A stretch of 64,000 nt of DNA from contig NZ_JBBEXD010000003.1 of NCBI RefSeq assembly GCF_037782385.1, positions 230,520-294,519 on the forward strand, in the 5' to 3' direction. The notes beneath the pieces were generated by a model, which made no database searches, was not told where the DNA came from, and worked only from the letters and a program-made list of their open reading frames with translations. Origin of the DNA: Ascidiimonas meishanensis. GTDB taxonomy: Bacteria > Bacteroidota > Bacteroidia > Flavobacteriales > Flavobacteriaceae. A program made the translations under genes and the position numbers. Position 1 is the first letter of the stretch. Every line of letters starts with the position of its first letter. Shown here piece by piece: positions 20,530-30,694 of this stretch.

Positions 20530-20789
20530 AATTTAAAGGTTTTAGTTTAATTATTAAATTGGTATTGTTTGATTTGCAAATCGATACGTAAAATATGGTA
20601 TTTCCAATACCATACTAAGGTAGGAAAGCTATTTCCAGAAATAATAGGAGATGATTGATTGGAGGTAAATACTTACTAAATGGAAAGAAAATTAGTGCTA
20701 TCTGTATTATTGAATAAATTTTCTTTCAGAGCATATTTTACGAGTTAAGTAACTGGTAAAAAAACATATTGGAGAGAACAGGAGGTGTT

Positions 20790-21563
20790 TCAAATCATTT
20801 TTTTAAGAAACTCTTCTTTTCTACCTCGGCTGATACTGGAACATTCACCATTACTCAATATAACCATTCCACCATCACCTTTCTTATATTCAATTACATG
20901 TTTTAAGTTGATGCAATACGAATGATGTATTCTGTAAAAATAAGATTCGGGAAGATCTTTAATCACTTCTTTAAGTGTTTTAGAAAGTAAAAATTTACGA
21001 TTGTTAGTTAAGAATATCTGAGTATAATTTCCTTCTGCTTTTAAAAGAATAATTTCATCACTATGAAAAAAGAAAAGGCTTCCATTTATGGCAATTCTTA
21101 TTTTCTTTGGACTTTCTTTTTGATCGTTACAAAGTTTGCGAAGATGTTTGTAAATACGTTTAAGATCCTTATTATCAAATGATTTGAGCAAAAAGTTAAA
21201 AGCTGGAATTTTTAAAACGCAAGCAGATAAATCGTCCTTTTTCATCAGAACAATAATATAAGTATCATTTTGGTATAGTTTACTCATAAATTCATTACCT
21301 AATTTGAGTGCTATTTTACTATCAATAAAAATACATTTTGGAGTAAGTATATCTATAGTTTTTTCTAGTGTATAAATGTCAATTATCAAGGTTTCTAGTT
21401 TAATGCAAGGACAGCTCTGCTTTATTTTACGCTCTAGGAGTTTAATTTCATGGCTATCTACATCAACAAGTATCGCTTTCATAAAGGATTGGTTTCTTTT
21501 TAAATCAAGAATAAAAGTAGTAAAAATACTACAAATAAATAATATATCTTTTGGCACTCTCAA
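20790..21563 (-). CDS. LytTR-family DNA-binding response regulator (receiver + LytTR)
   Basis: C-terminal LytTR signature (IAINGSLFFFHSDEIILLKAEGNYTQIFL...FYRIHHSYCINLKHV). Receiver-like N-terminus; the true start is probably Met28 (21482). Confidence 0.75.
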   Translation of the reverse strand: MRVPKDILFICSIFTTFILDLKRNQSFMKAILVDVDSHEIKLLERKIKQSCPCIKLETLIIDIYTLEKTIDILTPKCIFIDSKIALKLGNEFMSKLYQNDTYIIVLMKKDDLSACVLKIPAFNFLLKSFDNKDLKRIYKHLRKLCNDQKESPKKIRIAINGSLFFFHSDEIILLKAEGNYTQIFLTNNRKFLLSKTLKEVIKDLPESYFYRIHHSYCINLKHVIEYKKGDGGMVILSNGECSSISRGRKEEFLKKMI

Positions 21564-21602
21564 TTAATCTTTTTGATAAGCATTCTTATTAAATATGGAT
21601 AA

Positions 21603-22805
21603 TTGATTAAGATTATACTATTGCAATTCCTATTTTTGCTAATGATGAAATCACTTCCAAAGAAATTGATTGAAAAGATGACTACGCGTGAGCAGCAAAA
21701 TAGCTTGCGAGCTTTACCAGAAGCAGTATCAGGGATTGACTTTTCATCAAATGATTACTTAGGATTCTCAATTTCTGAACAATTAAAGGAAAGAATCAAT
21801 AGAAAACTAGCGGCATCAAAATTTACAAACGGTGCAACAGGATCTCGTTTACTTACTGGGAATCATACGCTTTATAATGAAGCAGAAGTAGTGATCTCTA
21901 ACTTCCATAAGTCAGAAACTGCCCTTATATTTAATTCAGGTTATGATGCAAACATTGGTTTTTTCTCCTGTGTTCCTCAAAAAGGCGATATTATTTTATA
22001 CGATGCCTATATTCATGCTTCCATAAGAGATGGTATTAGTATGAGCCTTGCTAAAAGCTGGAAATTTAAGCATAACAATATACAAGACCTTGAGCGTAAA
22101 ATAAAACGCTCCTATAATAGTAATACTTCTATTTATGTGGTGACCGAATCTGTTTTTTCAATGGATGGAGATAGCCCGCCCTTAAAAGAAATAATTGATT
22201 GTTGCGAACAATACAATTGCTTGCTTGTAGTGGACGAGGCACATGCTTTAGGCGTAATAGGGAATGAAGGTAAAGGATTGCTAGGAGCATGGAGTCTTCA
22301 GGACAAAGTATTTGCCAGTATAGTAACATTTGGTAAAGCACTGGGAGGGCACGGTGCTGCTATCTTAGGTGCTGAAGAGTTAAAACAATATCTTGTTAAT
22401 TTTGCGAGAAGCCTAATATATACAACCGGGCTACCTCCGCATTCTGTGGCTGGGATAATTGCCGGATATCAACTATTAGAACAGCATACATTACCCCTTA
22501 AAATACTTCAAGAACATATTGTATATTTTAAAGAGCAAGTAAAAAAGTATCATCTTGAAGCCTATTTTATTGCAAGTGATTCTGCCATTCACTGTGCCTT
22601 AATACCTGGAGTTAATAATGTAAAAGAAATTGCTAATCAACTGGTCATGCATGGTTATAATGTAAAACCCATTTTACCACCTACCATTCCTGCCGGTGGT
22701 GAGAGGCTTCGTTTTTGTCTACATAGTTATAATTCTAAAGAAGAAATTGCGAGTGTCTTGCAGCTGATGGCTACCTTTGTAACTCATAAGTTTAAAAATG
22801 GGTAA
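21603..22805 (+). CDS. bioF: 8-amino-7-oxononanoate synthase
   Basis: PLP-dependent class-II aminotransferase fold with the TFGKALG lysine motif. Sits in the bioF-bioD-bioA order. The first ~14 codons look non-native, so the start is likely at 21642-21645. Confidence 0.85.
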   Translation: MIKIILLQFLFLLMMKSLPKKLIEKMTTREQQNSLRALPEAVSGIDFSSNDYLGFSISEQLKERINRKLAASKFTNGATGSRLLTGNHTLYNEAEVVISNFHKSETALIFNSGYDANIGFFSCVPQKGDIILYDAYIHASIRDGISMSLAKSWKFKHNNIQDLERKIKRSYNSNTSIYVVTESVFSMDGDSPPLKEIIDCCEQYNCLLVVDEAHALGVIGNEGKGLLGAWSLQDKVFASIVTFGKALGGHGAAILGAEELKQYLVNFARSLIYTTGLPPHSVAGIIAGYQLLEQHTLPLKILQEHIVYFKEQVKKYHLEAYFIASDSAIHCALIPGVNNVKEIANQLVMHGYNVKPILPPTIPAGGERLRFCLHSYNSKEEIASVLQLMATFVTHKFKNG

Positions 22806-23418
22806 AACAATTTTTATTACGGGTATTTCTACTGATGTAGGTAAGACACTGGTTTCTGCCATAGTCACAGAAGCACTTCGTGCAGATTACTGGAAACCAG
22901 TTCAGGCGGGTGATCTTGACAATGCAGATGCCCATAAAGTAAAAGGTCTTATTTCAAATACATCTACTGTTATTCACCCCAATAGCTATGCTCTTTCGCA
23001 TCCTATGAGTCCGCATGCAGCAGCGGAACTAGATGGAGTTACTATAGATTTAAAACATATTAAGACACCTAAAGTAAAAAAGACCTTGGTTATTGAAGGA
23101 GCAGGAGGATTGTTAGTACCTTTAAATGATCACCTTACAATTCTAGATTTAATACAACCTTCTTATAAAGTTATTGTAGTTTCAAGACATTATCTTGGTA
23201 GTATTAACCATACGCTGCTCACACTTGAGTGTTTAAAACAAAAGGGAATCACACCTTACATTATCTTTAATGGTGATGAAAATCAAGGAACAGAAAGCAT
23301 CATTCAAAAAATGAGCGATGTAAAAGTGTTGGGGCGTATTGAAAATGAACCTTATTTTGATAGCAATGTGGTTTTAGAATACGCTGACCATTTTCGTAAT
23401 GCCTTACAAAATTTATAA
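22798..23418 (+). CDS. bioD: Dethiobiotin synthetase
   Basis: N-terminal P-loop IFITGISTDVGKT. Overlaps the bioF stop by 8 nt. Confidence 0.9.
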   Translation: MGKTIFITGISTDVGKTLVSAIVTEALRADYWKPVQAGDLDNADAHKVKGLISNTSTVIHPNSYALSHPMSPHAAAELDGVTIDLKHIKTPKVKKTLVIEGAGGLLVPLNDHLTILDLIQPSYKVIVVSRHYLGSINHTLLTLECLKQKGITPYIIFNGDENQGTESIIQKMSDVKVLGRIENEPYFDSNVVLEYADHFRNALQNL

Positions 23419-23433
23419 AGCGAGTTAACTACT

Positions 23434-24705
23434 ATGAATCTTCAACAAAGAGATCAAAAACACCTCTGGCATCCATTAACGCAGCATAAATTACACCCTA
23501 ACACCATTCCTGTGTTACGAGCAAAGGGTGCTGTATTGTACGGAGAAGATAATAGAGAATGGATTGATGGTATTGCTTCTTGGTACACTAGTATGTATGG
23601 TCACTGTAATGATTATATTCTTAATGAGGTAACTAAGCAAATGCATACGCTAGACCAGGTTGTTTTTAGTGGTTTTACGCATGAGCCAGCTATTAAACTA
23701 TCAGAAGCGCTCATAGATATCCTTCCCCTTAACCAAGAAAAGATTTTCTTTTCCGATAATGGTTCTACTGCTACCGAGATTGGTATAAAAATGGCACTCC
23801 AATATCATTTTAATAAAGGTAATAAACGAAATACGATTATTGCTTTTGAGGAAGGTTTTCATGGAGATACTTTTGGGGCTATGTCTGTTTCCGGATTATC
23901 TGTTTATAATGGCCCTTTTGCAGAGTTTTTTATTTCTGTAGCGCGAATCCCAGTACCAAATGGCACAAATAATGCTGAGGTAATTGCGTTGTTTCAAAAA
24001 CTTGTTTCCAAGGGTACGGTTGCTGGATTTATCTATGAGCCTTTGGTACAAGGTGCGGCAGCTATGAAAATGCATGATGCTAAGGGGCTTTGTGAGTTGC
24101 TGCGAATTTGTAAAGAGAATGAAATTATCTCCATAGCAGACGAGGTAATGACCGGCTTTGGTAAAACAGGAACTAATTTTGCGTCTGATCAGCTTTTAAA
24201 CAAACCAGACATTATTTGTCTCTCTAAGGCTCTTACAGCAGGTCTTGTGCCTATGGCTGCTACCAGTTGTAGTCAAAAGATTTATGATGCTTTTTATAGC
24301 AATGATATGGCTAAGGGTTTTTTTCATGGTCATACGTATACTGCAAACCCATTGGCATGCACCGCAGCGCTGGCAGGAATAGAGCTCTTAAATTCACCAG
24401 AAATAATAAAGCAGCGTAAAATTATTGAGGATGCTCATAAAGAATTTGATAAACAAATCAGAAATCATCCAAAAGTAGCTGCTACTCGTCAATGCGGAAT
24501 AATTTACGCCATAGATCTCAATGTGAAGATGGATCGTTATGGAGATTTAAGAGATCAACTTTTTAAATTTTTCATGGATAATGGCGTCTTTTTACGTCCG
24601 TTAGGAAATACTATTTACATTTTACCTCCTTTTGTGATAAGCAAAAATCAGTTGCAAAAAATATATGATACCATTGAATCTGCCATAGAAATGGTTATTA
24701 AATAA
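23434..24705 (+). CDS. bioA: Adenosylmethionine-8-amino-7-oxononanoate aminotransferase
   Basis: Class-III aminotransferase motifs (HLWHP..., DEVMTGFGKTG). Confidence 0.9.
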   Translation: MNLQQRDQKHLWHPLTQHKLHPNTIPVLRAKGAVLYGEDNREWIDGIASWYTSMYGHCNDYILNEVTKQMHTLDQVVFSGFTHEPAIKLSEALIDILPLNQEKIFFSDNGSTATEIGIKMALQYHFNKGNKRNTIIAFEEGFHGDTFGAMSVSGLSVYNGPFAEFFISVARIPVPNGTNNAEVIALFQKLVSKGTVAGFIYEPLVQGAAAMKMHDAKGLCELLRICKENEIISIADEVMTGFGKTGTNFASDQLLNKPDIICLSKALTAGLVPMAATSCSQKIYDAFYSNDMAKGFFHGHTYTANPLACTAALAGIELLNSPEIIKQRKIIEDAHKEFDKQIRNHPKVAATRQCGIIYAIDLNVKMDRYGDLRDQLFKFFMDNGVFLRPLGNTIYILPPFVISKNQLQKIYDTIESAIEMVIK

Positions 24706-24768
24706 TTTATTTTTAATAAATCAAAAGTATGGCTTAAACAAAATTAACCTTGTCTAAGCCATTTACAT

Positions 24769-25215
24769 TTAAAGCGGTTTTATCCAAAGTAAATGCATCC
24801 ATTTTTTTCTTTCACGAAGTACCAATAGAATATTCATACCGAACAGTCCTCCCGTTTGAAATAGCTCTCCTAATTCATCCGCCTCCAAGAAAAGATGAAA
24901 CAGAAATATATGGAGCGTAATAGGCAGAAGAAATAAAGCTCCCACAAAACTAGTACCCTGTAATATCAATAATAAGCCGAACAATAATTCACAGATTCCA
25001 AGTAATTCCCAGAAATATCCTGTTTGCTTAGCTCCATTAATATACAGCACTTTTTGTAGGGTGTTTTTAGCCTCCGGACTTGTAAATTTCTGTGCTTTTT
25101 CTATTACCTCTATGGGTGTTGGAGAGGGTTTTTGAAATTTTTGGATTCCGCCATAAATCATCATTCCACCCAAAACTAACCGAATAATTATAAATAATAC
25201 TGAAATTATTTTCAT
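24769..25215 (-). CDS. DoxX-family membrane protein
   Basis: 148 aa with four TM helices. N-terminus LVLGGMMIYGGIQKF is DoxX-like. Confidence 0.55.
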   Translation of the reverse strand: MKIISVLFIIIRLVLGGMMIYGGIQKFQKPSPTPIEVIEKAQKFTSPEAKNTLQKVLYINGAKQTGYFWELLGICELLFGLLLILQGTSFVGALFLLPITLHIFLFHLFLEADELGELFQTGGLFGMNILLVLRERKKWMHLLWIKPL

Positions 25216-25223
25216 AACTAAAA

Positions 25224-25850
25224 CTAAAAAGAGTTCACATCTAAGTTTGGTTGATATACGTAATTAAAGGTATAATACCTTCCTTTATCTACCATCACAT
25301 CTGGGTTAGCAGGAGCATTTTTATAATAACTTAAAATCTCAACTTTTGCATAACGGTTATCACGTGTTCTAAAGACAAGAACTTTTCCAGCTATTGGAAC
25401 AATAAGAAAGGCTTGTGCATTATATAAGTACCAGCCATTACCACTACCAGAGGGAATAGCGTATCCATTATTGCTATCTTGTATAAATAGAGAGTTGTTA
25501 ACTTCTGTAATTGAAGAAAGCGTGCCATTTGCGATATACGCTGCGGCATTTCCATTTCGCATTGGTTCATCATTGGTGCCAACAGAGATTCCTCCATTTA
25601 CAATTATAGTAGTACCACGAAACGCTATATCCCAGTCAGTATCACTAGTAGTAACTTGGCCTGACGAAAAATCAAATTTTGTAAAGTTCCCTGAAACGGG
25701 TTCACCTTGTCCACCCTGCTGCGGTGCATGTAGATTTTGAACTTGTCTTGACGCCACCCCCTCAAGAGATATTTCATCATCGTTATTGCTACATGCGTTG
25801 GCAAGTAAAGCCACTAGTATTAATAAAAAAAGATGTTTAATTGTTTTCAT
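25224..25850 (-). CDS. Lipoprotein, HmuY-like (putative heme-binding)
   Basis: Lipobox LLANAC. TDWDIAFRGTTI and C-terminal YAKVEILSYY blocks resemble HmuY. Immediately downstream of a TBDR. Confidence 0.45.
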   Translation of the reverse strand: MKTIKHLFLLILVALLANACSNNDDEISLEGVASRQVQNLHAPQQGGQGEPVSGNFTKFDFSSGQVTTSDTDWDIAFRGTTIIVNGGISVGTNDEPMRNGNAAAYIANGTLSSITEVNNSLFIQDSNNGYAIPSGSGNGWYLYNAQAFLIVPIAGKVLVFRTRDNRYAKVEILSYYKNAPANPDVMVDKGRYYTFNYVYQPNLDVNSF

Positions 25851-25860
25851 GTAAGATAAA

Positions 25861-27933
25861 TTAAAAATTAATATTGAGTTTTCCGTAAATAATTCTTCCA
25901 GGGATATTGCTTATATTTTGAGTATCTGTAAAACCCATTACATTATCAACTCCCACTCCTATTTTGTAATGTTTAAATAAGGTTTTATTAAATGCCAGAT
26001 CAAGAATGGCATACCCATCAACAAAATCATCAAAATTGTCTAGATAGCCATTGGCATTGGTGTCTAACAAGCCAAACTTACTTCTGTAAGTGGTTCTCAT
26101 ATTTAGATCTGCTTTCCAGCTTGGAACAGTGTAAAACAGTTTTAGGTTAGCCATGTGGCGAGATCGGTTGAAGAGTCCAAAATAGTCATCTGATGAAAGT
26201 AGAAATGAGGGAGATCCAGGATTGAGGCGGGCAAATACTTCTCCATTTTTAAAAGCTTTCTCCGCTTCCTTATCTCTTGCATATAAAAGTTGATAGCCTC
26301 CTTGTATTTTTAAATGCTTATGGGGCTTCCAGACCACATCTAATTCTAATCCTTTTGTGTATACTTCATTTATATTGAAATAGCTAAAAACGTTTTGTCC
26401 ATTAGTTTTGTTAGCTACAATTCTGGTATCAATTAAATCATTAATGGTATTGCCAAAAAAATTTGTTTTAAGTGTAAGATTTTCGGTTAGATTGAAATCT
26501 ACACCCATATTTATGGCAATTGAATTTTCTGGAGATAATTGATTATCAAAACTAGATAGCGGTACTAGAAGATTGGCAAGGAGACCCTGAGAGTCTAACC
26601 TTGATAATGCCTCAACAGCAGCTTCATTACCTAATACAGTATATCCAACAGTGGTATTGGTAAAGTCAAAATAAAGTTGTCTAAAGTCTGGTGCTTTAAA
26701 ACCATAACCAACAGAACCTCTAATAGCAAGTTTCTCATTGATACGATATCTTAAAGCAGCTTTTGGGCTAAATTGAGAACTATATTCATTATGGCTATCA
26801 AACCGAGCACCCAGAATCAAGTTAAATTTTTCTAGGAAACGATGATCTAATTGCGCATAAATGTAAGGAGCATTGAAAACAGGCATTTCAGAAAAATCTG
26901 TTCTGTCTAGTGTTTCATGCGTAATGCCAACTCCTGTTATAATTTCTGTTTTTAATGTAGGCTTAAAGCTAATTCGATATTCGGGTCGGAGGAGTAGCTG
27001 GTTATAAAAACGATCTTCAAATCTAGTTCCATTAAGTGCATCGGTAAATTCATTAGCACGATATCCAGTGCCATAAAGTTCTAAGTACCCTTTCCATTTT
27101 TTTGAGAGCGAATGATCAAATAAAAGATGGGTATTCCATTCATTAATCTCACTTTCTCCAGATAGATTCTCAGAAACCACTAAGTCTTGAACTTGTTCAA
27201 AATAGCGTCCGGAGGCGGTAAGTTTTATTTGAGGTGAGAATTCATAGATAATCTTAGAACTAATGGTATAGTTGTTAAATGGTTCTACTGTATTTACGTT
27301 GTCATCTTTATTTAAATTGAAACCGTCACTGCTAAATCTATTTAGAAATAGATTTATTCCAAGTGCTTCTTTTTTATGATTTAATGATATGCCTAAATCA
27401 TTTGTGTTGAATGTGCTGTTTCTATAATTTATAGTACCATTTAGTGGTTCTAAGGGGGTTTCTGTAATTATATTGATGACTCCACCTAGGGCTTCACTTC
27501 CATATAAGCTAGAGGATGCACCTTTTACGATTTCTATTTGTTTGATATTTCCCAAACTTATTCTGTTAAGGTCTAAAGTACCTGCAGACCTTCCAATAAG
27601 CGGAACACCGTCTATTAGAATTAAAGTGTATTGCGAGTCTAATCCCTGTAACTGTAAACCATCACCTCCTCCAAAATCAGGGATGGTAATAAGCCCTGTT
27701 TGTTCATTTAGAATATCGCTCAGCCTAAGGTTATTGGTTGCTTTAAGTTCTTGTTTTGTTAGAATTATTGCGGGTAATGGTAAAGAAGATAGTTGCCTTA
27801 CCGTTCGAGTAGCAGTAACCATTACTTCGTCAAGATCTTGCCTTTGTAATGAGTCTAGCGTTTCCTGACCAAAAAGCAAATGAATAAAAAAAATGGAAAA
27901 ATAAATTGATAAATTATTTTTATTTAGACTCAT
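25861..27933 (-). CDS. TonB-dependent receptor (plug + barrel), possibly heme/siderophore type
   Basis: Plug block DEVMVTATR...IEIVKGASSSLYGSEALGGVINIIT. Barrel ends ...YGKLNINF. Confidence 0.9.
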   Translation of the reverse strand: MSLNKNNLSIYFSIFFIHLLFGQETLDSLQRQDLDEVMVTATRTVRQLSSLPLPAIILTKQELKATNNLRLSDILNEQTGLITIPDFGGGDGLQLQGLDSQYTLILIDGVPLIGRSAGTLDLNRISLGNIKQIEIVKGASSSLYGSEALGGVINIITETPLEPLNGTINYRNSTFNTNDLGISLNHKKEALGINLFLNRFSSDGFNLNKDDNVNTVEPFNNYTISSKIIYEFSPQIKLTASGRYFEQVQDLVVSENLSGESEINEWNTHLLFDHSLSKKWKGYLELYGTGYRANEFTDALNGTRFEDRFYNQLLLRPEYRISFKPTLKTEIITGVGITHETLDRTDFSEMPVFNAPYIYAQLDHRFLEKFNLILGARFDSHNEYSSQFSPKAALRYRINEKLAIRGSVGYGFKAPDFRQLYFDFTNTTVGYTVLGNEAAVEALSRLDSQGLLANLLVPLSSFDNQLSPENSIAINMGVDFNLTENLTLKTNFFGNTINDLIDTRIVANKTNGQNVFSYFNINEVYTKGLELDVVWKPHKHLKIQGGYQLLYARDKEAEKAFKNGEVFARLNPGSPSFLLSSDDYFGLFNRSRHMANLKLFYTVPSWKADLNMRTTYRSKFGLLDTNANGYLDNFDDFVDGYAILDLAFNKTLFKHYKIGVGVDNVMGFTDTQNISNIPGRIIYGKLNINF

Positions 27934-28023
27934 TCTAATTTATATTTGTGCAAATATATAATCTATTTTAATTAAATCTAAATAAGAATAATAAAAAAAT
28001 CTATTCAATTAAATGTTCGTATT

Positions 28024-28935
28024 ATGAAAACAAAAGCTATAGGTTCTGTAGTACTATTATTGTGTTCCATGACACTTATTGGACAATCAAAAAAGGAGCA
28101 AGATCAACAAGCCATAAAAAGTATGTGTGGTTGTTTTGAGGTAGGATTCAATTTTGCAGAGACTTTTAATTATTCTAAAGATTCTACCTATGTACCTTCA
28201 AAAGTGAAACATGATAAAGGGCTGGAATGGGTGCAAATAGTAGAAGATAAAGACAACAAAATTGTGATGCAGCATCTTCTTATTGTGGGAAATCCTTCAG
28301 AACCTACTGTAATCAAGCATTGGCGTCAAGATTGGCTTTATGAGAATACAAATTTCTATATGTTTTACAAGGATAATACATGGAGATTTAATGTGTTAAA
28401 AAGTGAAGATGTTCAAGGACAATGGACTCAAAAAGTATATCAGGTAGACGATAGTCCCAGATATGAGGGTACTGCTACTTGGACGCATGTAGACGGTATT
28501 AGCAGATGGAAAAACACTACTGATGCACCTCTTCCTAGAAGGGAATATACCAAAAGAAAAGACTATAATGTCACTATTAGGGGTAATGAGCATATTATTA
28601 AAAATTCTGGATGGGTACATAATCAAGATAATTTAAAGGTAATTCGTAAAAATGCAGTTGATGATATTATTCTTGCCGAAGAAAAAGGAGTCAACAACTA
28701 TGTGAAAGTTGCAGATATCCGTTGTAAAGCCGCACAAGAGTGGTGGGTAGCTAATAAAGAAGCATGGGAATTAGTAAGGCAGAATTGGAATAGTGTGTTT
28801 AGTAAAAACAAGAACCTTGTTTTACAGGCAAAGGTTTCAGGTAGACCTCTATATTCCTACTTATTCGCTGACGACTTTTCAAATAGTGAAGAAGAAATTA
28901 ATGAAACAATTGATAATTTCATTATTAGCAAATAA
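28024..28935 (+). CDS. Hypothetical secreted protein
   Basis: Signal peptide. No recognised motif. Confidence 0.5.
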   Translation: MKTKAIGSVVLLLCSMTLIGQSKKEQDQQAIKSMCGCFEVGFNFAETFNYSKDSTYVPSKVKHDKGLEWVQIVEDKDNKIVMQHLLIVGNPSEPTVIKHWRQDWLYENTNFYMFYKDNTWRFNVLKSEDVQGQWTQKVYQVDDSPRYEGTATWTHVDGISRWKNTTDAPLPRREYTKRKDYNVTIRGNEHIIKNSGWVHNQDNLKVIRKNAVDDIILAEEKGVNNYVKVADIRCKAAQEWWVANKEAWELVRQNWNSVFSKNKNLVLQAKVSGRPLYSYLFADDFSNSEEEINETIDNFIISK

Positions 28936-28939
28936 AAGC

Positions 28940-29296
28940 ATGAATGACATTGATCTATTATATCATAATGAATTTGGGATGGCCTTCCATTGGAAAAACA
29001 CGAATTCTATAAATATCCAAAAAGTACAGTTAGTATTTAGAGATACCGGACTATTGTTGAATTTTTCTCAGCTCTTATTATTTCAAGATAAGGTGAAATC
29101 TGCACTCACAAATTGTACACTTTGCGAGACCTGTAAATCTAAGTTAGATAGTAAACCTTTACTAATGGAGACTCCTTTTTCGGAATTGAGCTTTGCTGTA
29201 AGTTACCATGAACTCCATCTTGCATCGGAATTATTGGCAGGAGTTCTATTTCAAATAGAAATGAACCATGTTTTAAAAACACAAAAGATAAATTAA
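28940..29296 (+). CDS. Hypothetical small protein (118 aa) with a CTLCETC cysteine cluster
   Basis: The track's 167-aa ORF starts inside the upstream gene. An in-frame ATG at 28940, right after the upstream stop, is the likelier start. Confidence 0.4.
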   Translation: MNDIDLLYHNEFGMAFHWKNTNSINIQKVQLVFRDTGLLLNFSQLLLFQDKVKSALTNCTLCETCKSKLDSKPLLMETPFSELSFAVSYHELHLASELLAGVLFQIEMNHVLKTQKIN

Positions 29297-29299
29297 CAT

Positions 29300-29396
29300 A
29301 AAAGAGGTCGCTGAAGTATTTAATAGAGTTGGTGAAATTCTGTAAGTAGTTAGTCAGTTAATATATATTCCAAATACGAATCGACCTCTTCTTTTT
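29300..29396 (+). other. Long imperfect hairpin: 9-bp outer stem AAGAGGTCG/CGACCTCTT around ~70 nt, followed by a T-run
   Basis: Outer stem 29302-29310 pairs with 29382-29390. Inner 6-bp helix GTATTT/AAATAC. Followed by cttttttatttc. Confidence 0.4.
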
Positions 29397-29493
29397 TATT
29401 TCTATAAGATTAGACTTTAGGTTAATAAATGTTGAAAGTCCCAATGCAATATCCTAGATTTGCGTTCACCAAAAATCAAGTATTATTTTTCTT

Positions 29494-30642
29494 GTGAAAA
29501 CTCCTGTCTCCATAACTGCTATTGGTTCACTTTCTCCTTTAGGTACATCAGAAGAAGTTATCTATACTGAATACCTTAACAATAGTCATTGTATTAAGAA
29601 ACATTCATTTGGTTTTTTGGCGGCTTCACTTTCAGAGGAGTGTGAAAAGAGGGTTGCGCAGTTACAAAAAGAGGGCAATAAGTATCAAAACCTTGACAGA
29701 AGTGTTTTGTATGCCATACTGGCTGCTAGAAAAGCGGTAAAAATTGCAGGTTGGGAATCACATCACAACTTTGGAATCAATATTGGGTCTTCTAGAGGTG
29801 CAACTGCACTATTTGAATATTACCATCAAGAATTTTTAGAGAACGGCAAAGTAGCCACTTTAAGTTCACCAACTACCACCTTGGGTAATATTTCTTCTTG
29901 GGTAGCACACGATTTGCAAACGGAAGGTCCAGAAATTTCTCATTCCATTACTTGTTCTACAGCTTTGCATGCGCTTTTGAATGGGATTGTTTGGTTATCA
30001 TCAGGCATGAAAGACAAGTTTCTTGTGGGAGGCAGCGAAGCAGCCCTTACTCCATTTACAATTGCTCAAATGAAGGCTCTTAAGATATATGCAAATCAAG
30101 AGACAGCATATCCCTGTCAGGCCCTAAACCTTGAGAAGGATGCTAATACCATGGTTTTGGGAGAAGGTGCTGCTATGGCGTGTCTTGAAAGTGGAAAAAA
30201 AGACCATGCGCTGGCAATTATAGAGGGCATAGGCTATGCAACGGAGCCTTTAAAGCATAATATTTCTATTTCAACAGATGCTATTTGTTTTCAAAAATCC
30301 ATGAAGATGGCTTTAGGGGAGCAAAATCCAGACACAGTAGATGTGGTAGTGATGCATGCTCCAGGCACCATAAAAGGAGATATTTCAGAATTTAATGCAA
30401 TTAAGAAGATTTTTTGTAACAAAGTTCCGTATTTAACTACTAATAAATGGAAGATAGGTCACACCTTTGGAGCTTCTGGAATGTTGAGTATTGAAATGGC
30501 CACGTTAATGCTACAATATCAACAATTTATAGCGGTTCCTTTTATACCCTATGAATTTCTTCCAAAAAAAATTGATAAAGTTCTTATAAACGCAGTAGGC
30601 TTTGGCGGCAATGCTGTAAGCGTTTTGCTGTCTCGTTCGTGA
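29494..30642 (+). CDS. Beta-ketoacyl-ACP synthase family protein (KAS I/II-like Cys-His-His, short form)
   Basis: Active-site Cys in HSITCSTALHAL. His motifs VVMHAPGT and KIGHTFGASG. Confidence 0.8.
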   Translation: MKTPVSITAIGSLSPLGTSEEVIYTEYLNNSHCIKKHSFGFLAASLSEECEKRVAQLQKEGNKYQNLDRSVLYAILAARKAVKIAGWESHHNFGINIGSSRGATALFEYYHQEFLENGKVATLSSPTTTLGNISSWVAHDLQTEGPEISHSITCSTALHALLNGIVWLSSGMKDKFLVGGSEAALTPFTIAQMKALKIYANQETAYPCQALNLEKDANTMVLGEGAAMACLESGKKDHALAIIEGIGYATEPLKHNISISTDAICFQKSMKMALGEQNPDTVDVVVMHAPGTIKGDISEFNAIKKIFCNKVPYLTTNKWKIGHTFGASGMLSIEMATLMLQYQQFIAVPFIPYEFLPKKIDKVLINAVGFGGNAVSVLLSRS

Positions 30643-30694
30643 TAACTTTAATTGCTTTGAATAAATAAAGTCGCTATATTTCTAACTTAATTAT

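Noticed and set aside
28793-29296. 167-aa ORF as given in the track
   Set aside because: The first 49 codons overlap the 3' end of the upstream gene in another frame. An in-frame ATG at 28940, immediately after the upstream stop, gives a more plausible 118-aa product.
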